Below are positions 35,401 to 44,993 of a DNA stretch of 48,463 nt, one piece after another. Made by a program: the position numbers and the translations under genes. Position 1 is the stretch's first letter; the number at the start of each line of letters is the position of its first letter. The stretch lies in IMG/VR virus record IMGVR_UViG_3300018890_000017, positions 1-48,463 of that record. One strand, written 5' to 3'. Under the pieces are notes generated by a model. It saw only the letters and a program-made list of their open reading frames with translations. It was not told where the DNA came from and ran no database searches. The stretch comes from a virus. Its lineage: Duplodnaviria; Caudoviricetes.

Positions 35401-37226
35401 AGGTGCGCGACGCGTGGGCTGCCCGGGCGGCACCACCCGTGCAGCCGCCTCCGCCACCGCCCGTCCCGCCCGGGCCGTACCGGAAACTGGTCGAGGCCGC
35501 GGCGGCCGACGCGAAGCGCGTCGAGGCGGAGAGCGCCGTCGGCACGGCCCTGCAGGCCGAGCGTGCCGAACGGTCGACGTGGGAGCGGGAGCAGCGTCGC
35601 GAGACGGGTGCCGCCTACATCCCCGGAACCCTGCCAGGCGACCCGTCCCACCCGCTGCGGGCCGCAATCGCCAACCGCGAAGGGGCGGAGGCGCGATTGG
35701 CGTCGCTCGGCGACGCGCCGTCGGTCACGGCGTCGGCGGCCACCACGGTCGAGGAGTCGCGCGCGCTGATCGCCGCGGCAGGGGGCGATCGGTCGCCCGG
35801 TCCCCTGATGCCGCCGCCCGGCCCGGCCACGCGCCCCACGGCAAAGGACGAACCGGCGCCCTCAGAGGTGGGCCCTGTGCCCTCCCCCGAACCGATCGCC
35901 ACGACGTCGGCGGGCCCCGCGCCCGCGCGGGAGGCGTCGGCCCGCGCGTTTGGCCCGCCTGCGCCGGGGACGCCGCTCGGTCCGCCCGAACCGAACATCG
36001 CGGAGCCGTCGACGGCGCCGCCGGCCGACGGGCCCAAGTTCGTGATGCCCACCGCCGGCGGGCCGGAAGGACCCGCCGCTCCGCCCCCGTCGGCCGACGA
36101 CGTCGCGGTGCTCGAGCGGGCGCAGGCCGCGGCGTACGGCGCGTGGCGCGACGCGGCAGCGGCGGGCGGCCCGTCCGCCGACGCCGCGTACGAGCGGTAC
36201 CGCGCGGCCCGCGACCGCCACGCGGTGGCCGTCGAGGTGCGGCGGCGGTCAGGCGCGGACGGCGCGGCGCCGCGGGCGTGGCAGGGCTACCTGGACGAGG
36301 TCGGGCGGCCCGGCAGCACGCCGTCGAGCCGCCGCGCCGCCAGCCGGCGGTACGAGCAGGCGAAGGCGCTGGCCGCGTCGCCGACGCCGGAGACGCCGGC
36401 GTCCCGGGACGGCGTGGCGACCGCGGGCGAGGCCGACCGGCTCCGCGGGCGGTCGCAGGAGCTGTACGCGGCCTGGGTCGAGGCGGCGCAGGACCCGCGG
36501 CGCGGCGCGGAGGAGGTCAACGCCAGCTACGCGGCGTACCGGGAGGCCAAGGGCCGCGCGGACGTCGCCGACGCCGGCGTGCGCCGGTCGGGCGGCCGGG
36601 GCGTCGCCGCGGCCGCGTGGCAGCGGTACCTGGACGTCGCCGGCGACGACGGCGCCCCGAAGTCCGTGCGGGACGCCGCCGCGGACGCGTACCGCCGCGC
36701 CAAGGCCGACGGCGCGGCGATGACGGCCGTCGCCGCCGGGCCCGAGGCACCGGCAGAGGGGTTCGACTGGGGGGCGTGGGAGTCGGCCCGGCGTCGCGGG
36801 CGGGTGGCGGGAGCCTCGCCGGGGTTCGCTGTGGGCGGCGACGGCCCGGCGCCGCTGGAGCCGGGGTTCCACCTGACGCCAACGGCTCCCTCCCCGCGGG
36901 ACCCGGACTTCGAGCGGTCGTCGGCCCCCGGGCCGACGTTCGGCGACTTCGCGGCGCCGCGCGTCCCGGCCGCGGCGGCACCGCCCGCGGCAGACGTGGC
37001 GCTGCCGGCCGCTGCGCCGGCCATCAGCGGGGCGGGGCCGGCGCCGACCCCGGCGGAGGCCGCCGACGACGGGGACGCCGCGCCGCCCGGGCCGGTCGCC
37101 GCGGGGCGGGTCGCACCCAACTACGGCGGGGGCGGGGGCGTCACGTACCACATCTCGATCGGGACGCTCGTGACCCCCGCGGGCGGGGAGTTCGACTTCG
37201 CCGGCCGCTTGGAGGATCTGGTTTGA
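32442..37226 (+). CDS. Tape measure protein with a long Pro/Ala-rich C-terminal extension
   Basis: 1594 aa; N-terminal LEIEVDF strand, Ala/Gly helical repeats, C-terminal 'VTYHISIG'. Confidence 0.75.
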   Translation: MSAGSGERLEIEVDFATQQAVENAQVLVQGIDELAAKTGDAGQAVERAEGGVKEFGESAEQAGAKVKAAGEAAAAAGTGMRGAEGSAGLAAAALEKTARAADHAKDELRDAGAAAEGAAEGGLTETTRAAQAAGRELQGTGRAADAAGKELAGAGQQATTASAGVRGAGQAAADAGQQLGEVGRAARRGLGEARAQAERSGDALDGMARRAFNLVSSFAGLGGALRLLKELEDQANRVIDARQKLGEFRLTRAEQIQPLVDNLGMNPDAAGQQRTDAVVLKFQEETGATPQQAVEILSMAQANQYPVADPARPEQDAKLPGFAVAAQLGTFARRLRLPAPDAAELFKVARLAGVRDEQGMKEFLARLEAGSKDTPINSPAQYVGGFLKAAASQLEARVPLNEVLAQFAAAAGSTTDASVAATNVKQFERAAAGTDDARTLQLAREAERQGVISPASVARELEEVVRPRLAAEQAPQREADERDRREIADAERNLRQVEEAAGPELAVLADSVSRAKRKPERDRAVLALDAKRREVDERKTGLRQRIADRGSAIRRRAEAADQVEREAALVGAYRGLPLATQMKVLRDATDGMDEQERAKRIRAFADGETWQSIVTQVGTAAKEKYAAVAAGSAAADVAGLEERNRSFRTNTLSQASRAELDAEQLRLQGPAGAEYAAGLSKLADADVARLRAAGSGRVGLAAEMGAVVRRLPRSETDTTEDGLKARRMMVLLRDRVAGFLRSTPAAVRQRHAAAIDASWNRFEAAYQDVVVSDRGADVVGGYAGKDRLRKAQEMAAEFGALRASIQADVRPDEPLPVGDEPGAAQVAPPMPVPATPAPVAPHPTPAVTPSAPPSPVPPAAGSPRAMAEPSLPPAGERPAALPERFASAGASDVGDPLVTAVGEFVLRGRREREGGGPVLPPPAPAADPAAPAAPTDAVAAADGDLADARAELARVEAAGWGKDEDDHAPYFRAHAAATKRVRAAEAKVRDAWAARAAPPVQPPPPPPVPPGPYRKLVEAAAADAKRVEAESAVGTALQAERAERSTWEREQRRETGAAYIPGTLPGDPSHPLRAAIANREGAEARLASLGDAPSVTASAATTVEESRALIAAAGGDRSPGPLMPPPGPATRPTAKDEPAPSEVGPVPSPEPIATTSAGPAPAREASARAFGPPAPGTPLGPPEPNIAEPSTAPPADGPKFVMPTAGGPEGPAAPPPSADDVAVLERAQAAAYGAWRDAAAAGGPSADAAYERYRAARDRHAVAVEVRRRSGADGAAPRAWQGYLDEVGRPGSTPSSRRAASRRYEQAKALAASPTPETPASRDGVATAGEADRLRGRSQELYAAWVEAAQDPRRGAEEVNASYAAYREAKGRADVADAGVRRSGGRGVAAAAWQRYLDVAGDDGAPKSVRDAAADAYRRAKADGAAMTAVAAGPEAPAEGFDWGAWESARRRGRVAGASPGFAVGGDGPAPLEPGFHLTPTAPSPRDPDFERSSAPGPTFGDFAAPRVPAAAAPPAADVALPAAAPAISGAGPAPTPAEAADDGDAAPPGPVAAGRVAPNYGGGGGVTYHISIGTLVTPAGGEFDFAGRLEDLV

Positions 37227-37600
37227 CGTTCGACGGCGTGCCCATCTTCGGCGCCGACGCGCTGCGCGTCCGCGGTCCCCAGCAGGAGTACCGGGCGCTG
37301 CGGTCCTACGCGCCGGGCACGGACGGCTACCGGATCTACCGGCTCGGCCGCAAGCACGGCGGGCTCTGGGTGGCCGGCGGCCGCCTGGTCGCGGCGACGC
37401 GGGGACAACTCGAGGACATGCTCCGCGTGTACGGCGAGTACCAGAACGGCGAGCTGTACACGTTCGTGAGCGTCGGCGGCAACACGTACGACGAGTGCGA
37501 GCTGACGGGGTACGAGGCGGTGTCGGACGTGAGCGCCAGCGTGAGCCTCGGCGGGTACACGGTCCGGGTGCGCGGGGTCGTCGTGCGGGCGGCGGGGTGA
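37223..37600 (+). CDS. Distal-tail-like protein (TTG start)
   Basis: GGAGG RBS at 37211; TTGA overlap with the TMP stop; MTFDGVPIFG. Confidence 0.6.
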   Translation: MTFDGVPIFGADALRVRGPQQEYRALRSYAPGTDGYRIYRLGRKHGGLWVAGGRLVAATRGQLEDMLRVYGEYQNGELYTFVSVGGNTYDECELTGYEAVSDVSASVSLGGYTVRVRGVVVRAAG

Positions 37601-37604
37601 TCCG

Positions 37605-39986
37605 ATGGCATGGTTCGGCTCCAGCGGCGGTGGCGTCCTCTCGATCGACGTCGGCCGGTTCGTCGTGCACGTCAGCCGCGCGACGGCGGCCGCGGGCGGG
37701 GCCGACGGCGACCCGACGTACGGGGCGTGGACGGACGAGCCGCGGCTGGTCGTCCACGAGGTGTTCTACGGGTCCAGCGTCGCCGGCCCGAGCTACGCGA
37801 AGCTTGCGGCCGCGACCGGGCGTCCAATCAGCGCCCAGGTCGACGTCGAGGACAGCCCGATGCTGCTGATGGGCGACCGCGTCGCGATCGGCATCGACGA
37901 GGGGAGCTCGGTCAACTGGCTGTTCGGCGGGTACCTGACCGGGGCGCAGCTCGGGATCGACCCGAACGAGGAGAGCCTCGTCTACCGCTGCACGGGGCCC
38001 GAGTGGCTCTGGGGGGCCGGGGCCGGCACGCGGGGCGGCGCGCACCGGCCGGTCTACGGGCAGTGGCGGCGCAAGGCCTCGGCCGACGACGCGTGGGCGG
38101 CCGACACGTCGTCCGTCACGCCGCGCGCGGAACTACTGCTGTGCCCCGACCTGCCGGCCGTCTTCAACCCTGGCAACCGGAAGAACATGACGAAGGCCGA
38201 CGTCGTGCTGTCGGCGTCGGGCCCGGCGGTGAACGGCCGCGTGTGGGAGACGCCGGACCGGAAGCTGGCCGGGGCCGACCAGGCGGAGGCCTGGCACAAG
38301 TTCGCGGCGTTCAAGACGATCGTGCAGCTCTACAACGACCCGGCCGCCACCGGGATCTCCGTCTCGGCGTCGGACTGGTCCGCCGTCCAGGCGACGGTCG
38401 GGCTGACGAAGGTCCTGCGGGACGTCGACGTCGACACGCTGCCCCCGTGGGCGGCGCTGCAGCGGGTGCTCGGCGCGGAGTACGGGTTCTACGTCACGCC
38501 GCGGCCGTCGGGCGTCACGGGCAACGCGTTCGGCGGGTTCCGGCTGAAGGTGTTCAGCCGATCGCAGGACATCGACGGCACGCAGGCGGACCTGCGGCTG
38601 GCCGTGCGCGGCACGGGCGTGGCCGACGCGCCGGCCAGCGTCGTGCGGCTCGCGGCGTTCAAGGACGTGGCCAAGACGGTGACGGCGGTGACCGTCCTCG
38701 GCCGCGGGTACCGCGGCGTGAAGCTGAAGTACAACGGGTCGTCGACGCCGTCGCTCGGCGCCGACGCCAAGAAGGTCGCGCTGCAGCACGGGTGGTCGAA
38801 GGCGGAGGGCGACCTGGCGACGTTCGCCACGTCGGCCGCCGTGACGCAGGCCAAGATCGACGAGAAGCCGCAGGCGACGCGGGACCAGTGGCGGGACCGG
38901 CACACGGTGGGCGGCAAGGAGTTCGCGCGGTTCGCCCACGTGTTCCGGCTGTTCACGTGGAACGAGGCGGGGGAGCTGGGCGGCCAGGGCCCGACGTACG
39001 TGACGGCCGGGACGGTCGCGGCGTGGTACGCGCCGGACCTGACGGGCATCTGCGACGCGCAGGGCCTGGCCGGCGACCCGGCCGCGGCGGCGGGCTCGTA
39101 CGTCCGGCGGCGGCGGCGGCCGGGGGACACGCAGTACTACGAGGCGGCAATCGACGGCTGGCGGCGCGTGCCGCCGACGCTGTTCATCGGCGCGCAGCCG
39201 GCCGCGGCGGCGACCGAGCCGGCGGCCGCCGACTACGTGCGGGTGCCCACGTCGCACTACCGCGTCGACCCGGAGCGGTGCGCGGTGTGGATCGCGCACC
39301 CGGACCTGGCGGCGTGGCAGCCGTTCGTCGACCGCCCGCTGGCGGCCGAGCCGAGCACGGCCGACGACCGCACGTTCGCGACGCTGCTGCACAACGGCAA
39401 GCTCCGCCTGGTCCTCGAGTGCAGCGTCGAGGCGGACGGTGGCGTCGTGCAGGCCGCCAAGCGGGTGGCGGAGGCGGGCAGCCCCCACGTCCGCCACGTC
39501 GTGGTCCGGGCCGGCCCCGGGTTCGTCGCCAGCGCGCAGCACGACGACGGGCAGGCGACGCCGACCGGGGCGGTGCCCGCGCCGCTGGGCCAGGGGCCGG
39601 ACGCGCTGAAGCTGGCCGAGCAGATGCGGACGGCGGGGCAGGACGAGCAGGTGCATGCGAGCGCGCTGGTCGAGGCCGTTTGGCCCGAGCAGGCGATCGG
39701 GAAGATGGTCAAATCGATCGCCGGCCGGAACGTGCAGCTCACGGCGACGAGCGGCCGCGGCGCGCAGATCGTGGCGGCGCGGATCGACCCGGCGTCGATG
39801 AAGTGGGAGTACCTGACCGAGAGCGCGGCGATGGCGGTGACGAAGGCGGACCGCCGGCAGCTGGCGAAGTCGCTGGCGGCCGGCACCCGACGCGGCGTCC
39901 GCCGCGTCCCGGGCGGCGCGGCTGACGCGCCCTCGGCGGCGGCCCCGCAGTCCCTGCCTGGCGCGGGGCAGGCCGAGGACGAGTGA
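37605..39986 (+). CDS. Tail-tip / baseplate hub-like protein
   Basis: 793 aa with 'WLFGGY', 'YGFYV', 'TVTAVTVLG'; position after the Dit-like gene. Confidence 0.55.
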   Translation: MAWFGSSGGGVLSIDVGRFVVHVSRATAAAGGADGDPTYGAWTDEPRLVVHEVFYGSSVAGPSYAKLAAATGRPISAQVDVEDSPMLLMGDRVAIGIDEGSSVNWLFGGYLTGAQLGIDPNEESLVYRCTGPEWLWGAGAGTRGGAHRPVYGQWRRKASADDAWAADTSSVTPRAELLLCPDLPAVFNPGNRKNMTKADVVLSASGPAVNGRVWETPDRKLAGADQAEAWHKFAAFKTIVQLYNDPAATGISVSASDWSAVQATVGLTKVLRDVDVDTLPPWAALQRVLGAEYGFYVTPRPSGVTGNAFGGFRLKVFSRSQDIDGTQADLRLAVRGTGVADAPASVVRLAAFKDVAKTVTAVTVLGRGYRGVKLKYNGSSTPSLGADAKKVALQHGWSKAEGDLATFATSAAVTQAKIDEKPQATRDQWRDRHTVGGKEFARFAHVFRLFTWNEAGELGGQGPTYVTAGTVAAWYAPDLTGICDAQGLAGDPAAAAGSYVRRRRRPGDTQYYEAAIDGWRRVPPTLFIGAQPAAAATEPAAADYVRVPTSHYRVDPERCAVWIAHPDLAAWQPFVDRPLAAEPSTADDRTFATLLHNGKLRLVLECSVEADGGVVQAAKRVAEAGSPHVRHVVVRAGPGFVASAQHDDGQATPTGAVPAPLGQGPDALKLAEQMRTAGQDEQVHASALVEAVWPEQAIGKMVKSIAGRNVQLTATSGRGAQIVAARIDPASMKWEYLTESAAMAVTKADRRQLAKSLAAGTRRGVRRVPGGAADAPSAAAPQSLPGAGQAEDE

Positions 39987-40008
39987 GGCGGGCGGGCGGG
40001 AGGCGACG

Positions 40009-40425
40009 ATGTACCAGGACGGACCGGACCCTTTCCAGACGTGGCGGCAGCGGGCGCCGGAGCAGGGCGACGTGCCCGCGCACCCGCGGCGGATGCGGGT
40101 GACGGCGATCAACGCCGGCGGCAACGCCAACCTGGTCACGGCGGTGCTCTACGACGGCGCGACGGCGGGCACGCGGACGTATACGGTGTTCGCCCGAGGC
40201 AAGGCCGTGAACGACGAGATCATGGTGACGCGGCCGACGGGCGGCGTCGTGCGGCCGCCGGGCGTCGCGACGGCACCGATGATCAACGGTCAGCCGGTCG
40301 TCCTGCAGGAGATCGCCGGGGGCGTCTGGGACGCGACGGTAGGCGAATTCCAGCACATGGTCTTCCAAGCTGTGAGTCAGAACCAGACGGGATTCGAGTT
40401 CGTTCAGGCGCACGCGTTGCCGTGA
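40009..40425 (+). CDS. Hypothetical tail-region protein
   Basis: GGGAGG RBS; coding bias. Confidence 0.6.
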   Translation: MYQDGPDPFQTWRQRAPEQGDVPAHPRRMRVTAINAGGNANLVTAVLYDGATAGTRTYTVFARGKAVNDEIMVTRPTGGVVRPPGVATAPMINGQPVVLQEIAGGVWDATVGEFQHMVFQAVSQNQTGFEFVQAHALP

Positions 40426-40447
40426 CGCCGCGTTGGGTAACACCCCT

Positions 40448-43400
40448 ATGCCGGGATGGACGACGACGTCGGGTCAGGAGTGGCCGCCGGTCGCGGGCAC
40501 GCGGATCGGTGCCTACCCCTACATCAGCCAGCTCTGGCGGGCCGTCACCGAGCGGGAACGGGCGCTCGGCAACGCCCGCTGGCCCTTCGCCTACCACGCC
40601 TGGTACGAGGGCACGGTCGGCTCGATCACGACGCACGCGGACGGCACCCACACCGTCACCGACCCCGACGCCGTCGGGTGGGTCGCCAGCTACACCTGCG
40701 ACGGCGTCACGATCACGGCCGCCAAGCGGTGGACCGGCTACGCCAACCGGTGCTCGCCCGCCCCGTCCAGCTACGACCTCATCATCGAGGGCAACGGCCC
40801 CGACGACCACGAGCAGATCGTCCACGTCCAGATCACCGACAACGACGCGACGACCCTCACGACGTCCAGCGCGCTCGACTGGGTCACGGCGGGGTACGTG
40901 CCCAGCATCGCGTCGCTGGCGGGGAAGCGCTACTTCATCATCAAGCGGGGCGGGTGGTGGCACCACGAGCGGTGGCCGCAGCCGCCCAACGACCAGGAGC
41001 GGGAGAACGGGACCGGGACGGGCGGCACCGTCGTCGTCGCCGGCGTCACGTACTCGACGCTGACGGACGCGGCGCTGGCCGCCGGGGCGTACGGGCGGCG
41101 GCCGTGGGCGCTCGACCAGTTCGCCGGGTCCGACTTGCTCGTCTACGCCGGCGGGCCGCTCCGCCGCGCCACCATCGTCGGCAACACGGCCGACACGCTG
41201 CGGTTCGCGCACCAGACTTGGACCGCTTCCGGCCCGTACAGCGTCGCCGCCGCCGGCGGGCGGGCGTTCCCCGGCCGCTACCGGTTCGGCCCGTTCGCGT
41301 GGTACGGGGGGGCCACCGACCAGCGGCTCAGCCACCTGCCCAACGACAACCTGGGGTCTGCGCCGGTGCCGGCCGCCAGCATGAGGTTCGCCGAGTCGTT
41401 CCTGAAGGACGGCGAGTGCGTCGCCACCGCGCGGCCCGCGTTCGACGTCGACGTCTGGAGCAACTGGCAGAACTTCTGCGCCCCGGGCGAGCTGAACTAC
41501 TCGCGGTGGCTGTACGCGACGATCCGCGGCCTACAGGCGTGGGTCGAGCAGAACGCCGCCAACTTCATCCCGCCGGTCGACTACGACGGGGCACCGGTCC
41601 TGCCCCGGTTCAACCGGGCGACGCTGTTCGCGCACTGCAGCATCAACAGCGGCGCGTCGACGCTGGCGAAGGGCACGGTGGCCGGCGTGCCCGACACGTT
41701 CTACTTCACCGTCCCCGCCACGTACGCGGGCGTCGATACGGAGGGCCGACCGGTCCACTGGTGCGTCCAGTACGCCCCGCCGGCCGGCGTCCCCAACACG
41801 CTGTGGTACGACGGCACCGGGCCCGTGACGGGCGGGCGGGTGGCCGTCACGGGCGGGGCGGACGCGCACCTCGCGTCAACGGTCGTCTGGTCCTTCGGCT
41901 GGTCCCGCCGCTACCCGCGGATGGTCCACCTGATGTTCTACCCGCGGGGCACCGCGTTCATCCCCGACGTCGAGCAACCGCCGTTCGGCGACCCCTTCCC
42001 CTACGACCCGCCGACGACGACGACGGACTCCAACAACGAGCCCGACCCGTTCGGCACCGGCACGTGGGTGGACCGGCCGGGGGTGAGCACGGCCTATATC
42101 GAAGAGGACGGACCCGCCCAGCCGTTCGAGGCCGGCGACCTCGCCCGGTACGTCGGGGACAACTTCGCGGCCGCCAACGGCGCGCTCGGCGCCGAGCCGG
42201 CGGCGCGGTACTGGGAGCACTTCTACGTCGGGGTCCGTTGGCGGGCCGACCCGACCCGCCCGCAGGACGACCACCAGCGGGCGTGGGAGTCGTCGATGGC
42301 GGGCACCGTGACCGCCGGCACCGCCGCGAGCGTCACGGACGCGGGCAAGGCGTGGTGGACGGCCAACTGGTACCACCAGCCGAGCGTCGAGCCGGGGCGG
42401 CCGAGCGTGCCGACGGTCCGCGTCGAGTCGGGCGTGGCGACGGGCGGCAGCGGCTCGACCCTGACCGACTCGGCCAAGGCCACGGGCAACCCGGCGAACC
42501 GCCCGGCGTCGTTCTACTGGCTGCCCGATCGCTTCTCCGGGTTCGCGTCGCCGTGGGCGGGGTTCATCGTCGAGGTCGACCAGGCCGGCGTGACGCGGAA
42601 GGTGCCGATCACCGGCAGCGACCCGGCGACGGGGACCCTCCAGTTCGCCGCCGGCACGGTCACGGTGGCCGCGGGGGACGCCTACCGGGTCCGCGAGCCG
42701 GCCTACCACCTGAACCAGTGGCGCGGCCGCAAGGTGGTGCTGACGGCACCTGACGGGACGGCGCACGAGCGGAAGATCACGCACAACGACAACGACACGC
42801 TCTGGTTCGACCCGCCGCTGCCGGCGGCGGCCGGGCCGGGGTGGTCGTACCGGATCGTCGAGCACCAGGCCGGCGGCGTCTACGCGTGGGACGGCTCGGC
42901 ATGGGTCGAGCCGCAGGCGTACTACGGCGCCGGGCCGGGCAACGACCCGCGGGGCGCGACGTTCCGCGACGACCCGACGGCGAACCTGCCGACGAAGGCG
43001 GTCAGCTTCGGCCGGGTGCGGCGGTGCGACTACGTGACGATCGACCTGCTGACCGAGCTGTACGACGCGATCAACGCGATGGTGTGGACGGCCGGCGGGG
43101 TCGCGTGGACGAGCCGGGCGAGCCCCGGCGTCGCGGAGGAGAACTACCATGACGCCGAGCAGTTCGTGATCCACGGCCAGGAGTACCGGTCGCTGTCGGA
43201 CCAGCAGGCGGCGATCCAGGCGGCGTGGGACGCCCCGGGCTCGCCGTTCAAGACCGAGCAGGGCGGGGCGGCGCCGGCGGCGTGGAACGCGGTGACCGAA
43301 ACGCGGACGCCGAACGCCGCCGACCCGGACCCGCAATACCTCGGCGCGGCGCGGCGTGCGTACGCCTACGGGCGGGACGCGGCGGTGCCGACGCTGATCG

Positions 43401-43741
43401 CGTGCGAGGTCGACTTCTACAACTACTCGGACCTGACGGGCGGGCGGACGGCGGGGACGACGGCGACGGCCGCCAACGAGTTCCACGACAACGGCGACGC
43501 GGTCGGGCACCGGGTGTGGCGGCGGTGGGACACGTCGACGCCGGACGGCGACGGGCTGGCCGTCAGCGACCAGTTGGGCGGCACGGCGTTCCCGGCCGCG
43601 CCGCCGGAGCCGCCGGGGACGCCGTCGGGCGTGGGGGACGACCGGGGCGGGTACGCGGGGTACGAGGTGGTGACGGCGCGGACCGTGCGGCGGTGGGACG
43701 TGCCGGGCGGGCTGGAGTATGTGTCGCCGGCGGACACGTGA
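40448..43741 (+). CDS. Large tail / receptor-binding-like structural protein with internal repeats
   Basis: Thr/Gly/Trp-rich; repeated G.AT.G...(S/T)LTD...W..NQ(F/W).G..(I)..N..DTL units. Confidence 0.6.
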   Translation: MPGWTTTSGQEWPPVAGTRIGAYPYISQLWRAVTERERALGNARWPFAYHAWYEGTVGSITTHADGTHTVTDPDAVGWVASYTCDGVTITAAKRWTGYANRCSPAPSSYDLIIEGNGPDDHEQIVHVQITDNDATTLTTSSALDWVTAGYVPSIASLAGKRYFIIKRGGWWHHERWPQPPNDQERENGTGTGGTVVVAGVTYSTLTDAALAAGAYGRRPWALDQFAGSDLLVYAGGPLRRATIVGNTADTLRFAHQTWTASGPYSVAAAGGRAFPGRYRFGPFAWYGGATDQRLSHLPNDNLGSAPVPAASMRFAESFLKDGECVATARPAFDVDVWSNWQNFCAPGELNYSRWLYATIRGLQAWVEQNAANFIPPVDYDGAPVLPRFNRATLFAHCSINSGASTLAKGTVAGVPDTFYFTVPATYAGVDTEGRPVHWCVQYAPPAGVPNTLWYDGTGPVTGGRVAVTGGADAHLASTVVWSFGWSRRYPRMVHLMFYPRGTAFIPDVEQPPFGDPFPYDPPTTTTDSNNEPDPFGTGTWVDRPGVSTAYIEEDGPAQPFEAGDLARYVGDNFAAANGALGAEPAARYWEHFYVGVRWRADPTRPQDDHQRAWESSMAGTVTAGTAASVTDAGKAWWTANWYHQPSVEPGRPSVPTVRVESGVATGGSGSTLTDSAKATGNPANRPASFYWLPDRFSGFASPWAGFIVEVDQAGVTRKVPITGSDPATGTLQFAAGTVTVAAGDAYRVREPAYHLNQWRGRKVVLTAPDGTAHERKITHNDNDTLWFDPPLPAAAGPGWSYRIVEHQAGGVYAWDGSAWVEPQAYYGAGPGNDPRGATFRDDPTANLPTKAVSFGRVRRCDYVTIDLLTELYDAINAMVWTAGGVAWTSRASPGVAEENYHDAEQFVIHGQEYRSLSDQQAAIQAAWDAPGSPFKTEQGGAAPAAWNAVTETRTPNAADPDPQYLGAARRAYAYGRDAAVPTLIACEVDFYNYSDLTGGRTAGTTATAANEFHDNGDAVGHRVWRRWDTSTPDGDGLAVSDQLGGTAFPAAPPEPPGTPSGVGDDRGGYAGYEVVTARTVRRWDVPGGLEYVSPADT

Positions 43742-43812
43742 CCAAAAGAGGTCGGGTAACGGCTGGCGATTTGCCGGGAGGTAACGGTGGCGCGGCATCC
43801 GCCGGGGCACCG

Positions 43813-43842
43813 TTGAGGTCCTGATAAGCCCGTCACTATCTT
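43813..43842 (+). promoter_or_regulatory. Sigma70-type promoter for the membrane/lysis-like cassette
   Basis: TTGAGG-N18-TATCTT. Confidence 0.55.
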
Positions 43843-43876
43843 CGTTCCGCAGCGGCCAATGGGCCAATGTCGGCCC

Positions 43877-44662
43877 ATGCCATTCGACCCCACCCGCCTC
43901 GTCCGCGACCCGCGTGCCAAGGGGCTGCTGGTCGCGTTCGCCTCGGCCGCCCTGGCGTTGCTCGCCGTGCCGCCCGAGCAGGCCGCGCTCATCCTCGTGA
44001 TGGTCGTCGCCGCCTTCGGCGTGTACTGCCTCGGCATCAGCTACGAGCGGGGCAAGGAGGTCGAGGGGACCGTGCCCGACGGCCGCGTCGCCGCCCGCCC
44101 GCCCGTGAGCCTCGTGATCGGCGACGCCGTCGAGCAGCACCCGGAGGATCCGGCCACGTCCGGCACGCCGCCGCGCGCCGGGCGGGTCCGCGTCGGGATG
44201 CTCGCGGCGATCGCCTGCATCGCCCTGATCGCCGTCGCCGCGGGCGGCTGCACCTCGCAGCCGTTCAAGTTCGGCGCCAACCGCCTGGGTCAGGGGATTG
44301 CGAGGGACGCGGCCGGCTACAACGCGAAGGAACCGGGCCCGGCCGCCGCCGAACGCGCGGCCCAGGCCGACGCGCTCAGCGCCGCGACCGCCGACGTCAA
44401 GACGATCGAACTGCAAGCCGTCGCGCGGGCGTGGGCGCCGGTGCGGCCGTGGTACCTGGACCACCTGAACACGGACCCCCGGCTGGCAAAGATGCCGCGC
44501 ACGAAGGGGAAGTACCTGCTCCGCGTCGGCCTGATGGACCAGCTCCTGGACGCCGAGCGGAAGCTCCGCGACGTCCTCGGGCTGTTCGGCCGCGACGCGG
44601 TCGAGCGGGTCGCCGAACGCATCGGCGTGCCGGCCGCGCCGACCGCCACGCCCGCGAAGTGA
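43877..44662 (+). CDS. Membrane protein: holin-like N-terminal TM pair plus an internal lipobox-like segment
   Basis: Two hydrophobic helices, then MLAAIACIALIAVAAGGC. Confidence 0.55.
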   Translation: MPFDPTRLVRDPRAKGLLVAFASAALALLAVPPEQAALILVMVVAAFGVYCLGISYERGKEVEGTVPDGRVAARPPVSLVIGDAVEQHPEDPATSGTPPRAGRVRVGMLAAIACIALIAVAAGGCTSQPFKFGANRLGQGIARDAAGYNAKEPGPAAAERAAQADALSAATADVKTIELQAVARAWAPVRPWYLDHLNTDPRLAKMPRTKGKYLLRVGLMDQLLDAERKLRDVLGLFGRDAVERVAERIGVPAAPTATPAK

Positions 44663-44704
44663 CCCCCGCCGACACCTGACGCCTGACCGGAGCCGCGCAC
44701 GCCC

Positions 44705-44992
44705 ATGGCGAAGCCGAACCTCAAAGCCGCGACCGACGCGTTCCTCCGCGAGCTGTCGCAGGCCACCGGCCGCTCGCTCGGCGAACTGGCCCCGCTCGCG
44801 CCGCGCTACGTCGAGGACGCCGCGGCGATGCGGGCCGAGGGCGCGACGGACGAGGACATGCAGGTCCTGGCCGACACGCTGTTCGGCGAGCTGCAGGTGA
44901 AGGGGATCCGGTTCGTGACCGGCATGGCTCAGGGCGGCCGCGTCGCGCTGAACATCCTGTTGGCCGCCGCCCGCGCGGGGATCGGAGTCTGA
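44705..44992 (+). CDS. Hypothetical protein
   Basis: Coding bias. Confidence 0.6.
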   Translation: MAKPNLKAATDAFLRELSQATGRSLGELAPLAPRYVEDAAAMRAEGATDEDMQVLADTLFGELQVKGIRFVTGMAQGGRVALNILLAAARAGIGV

Positions 44993-44993
44993 G

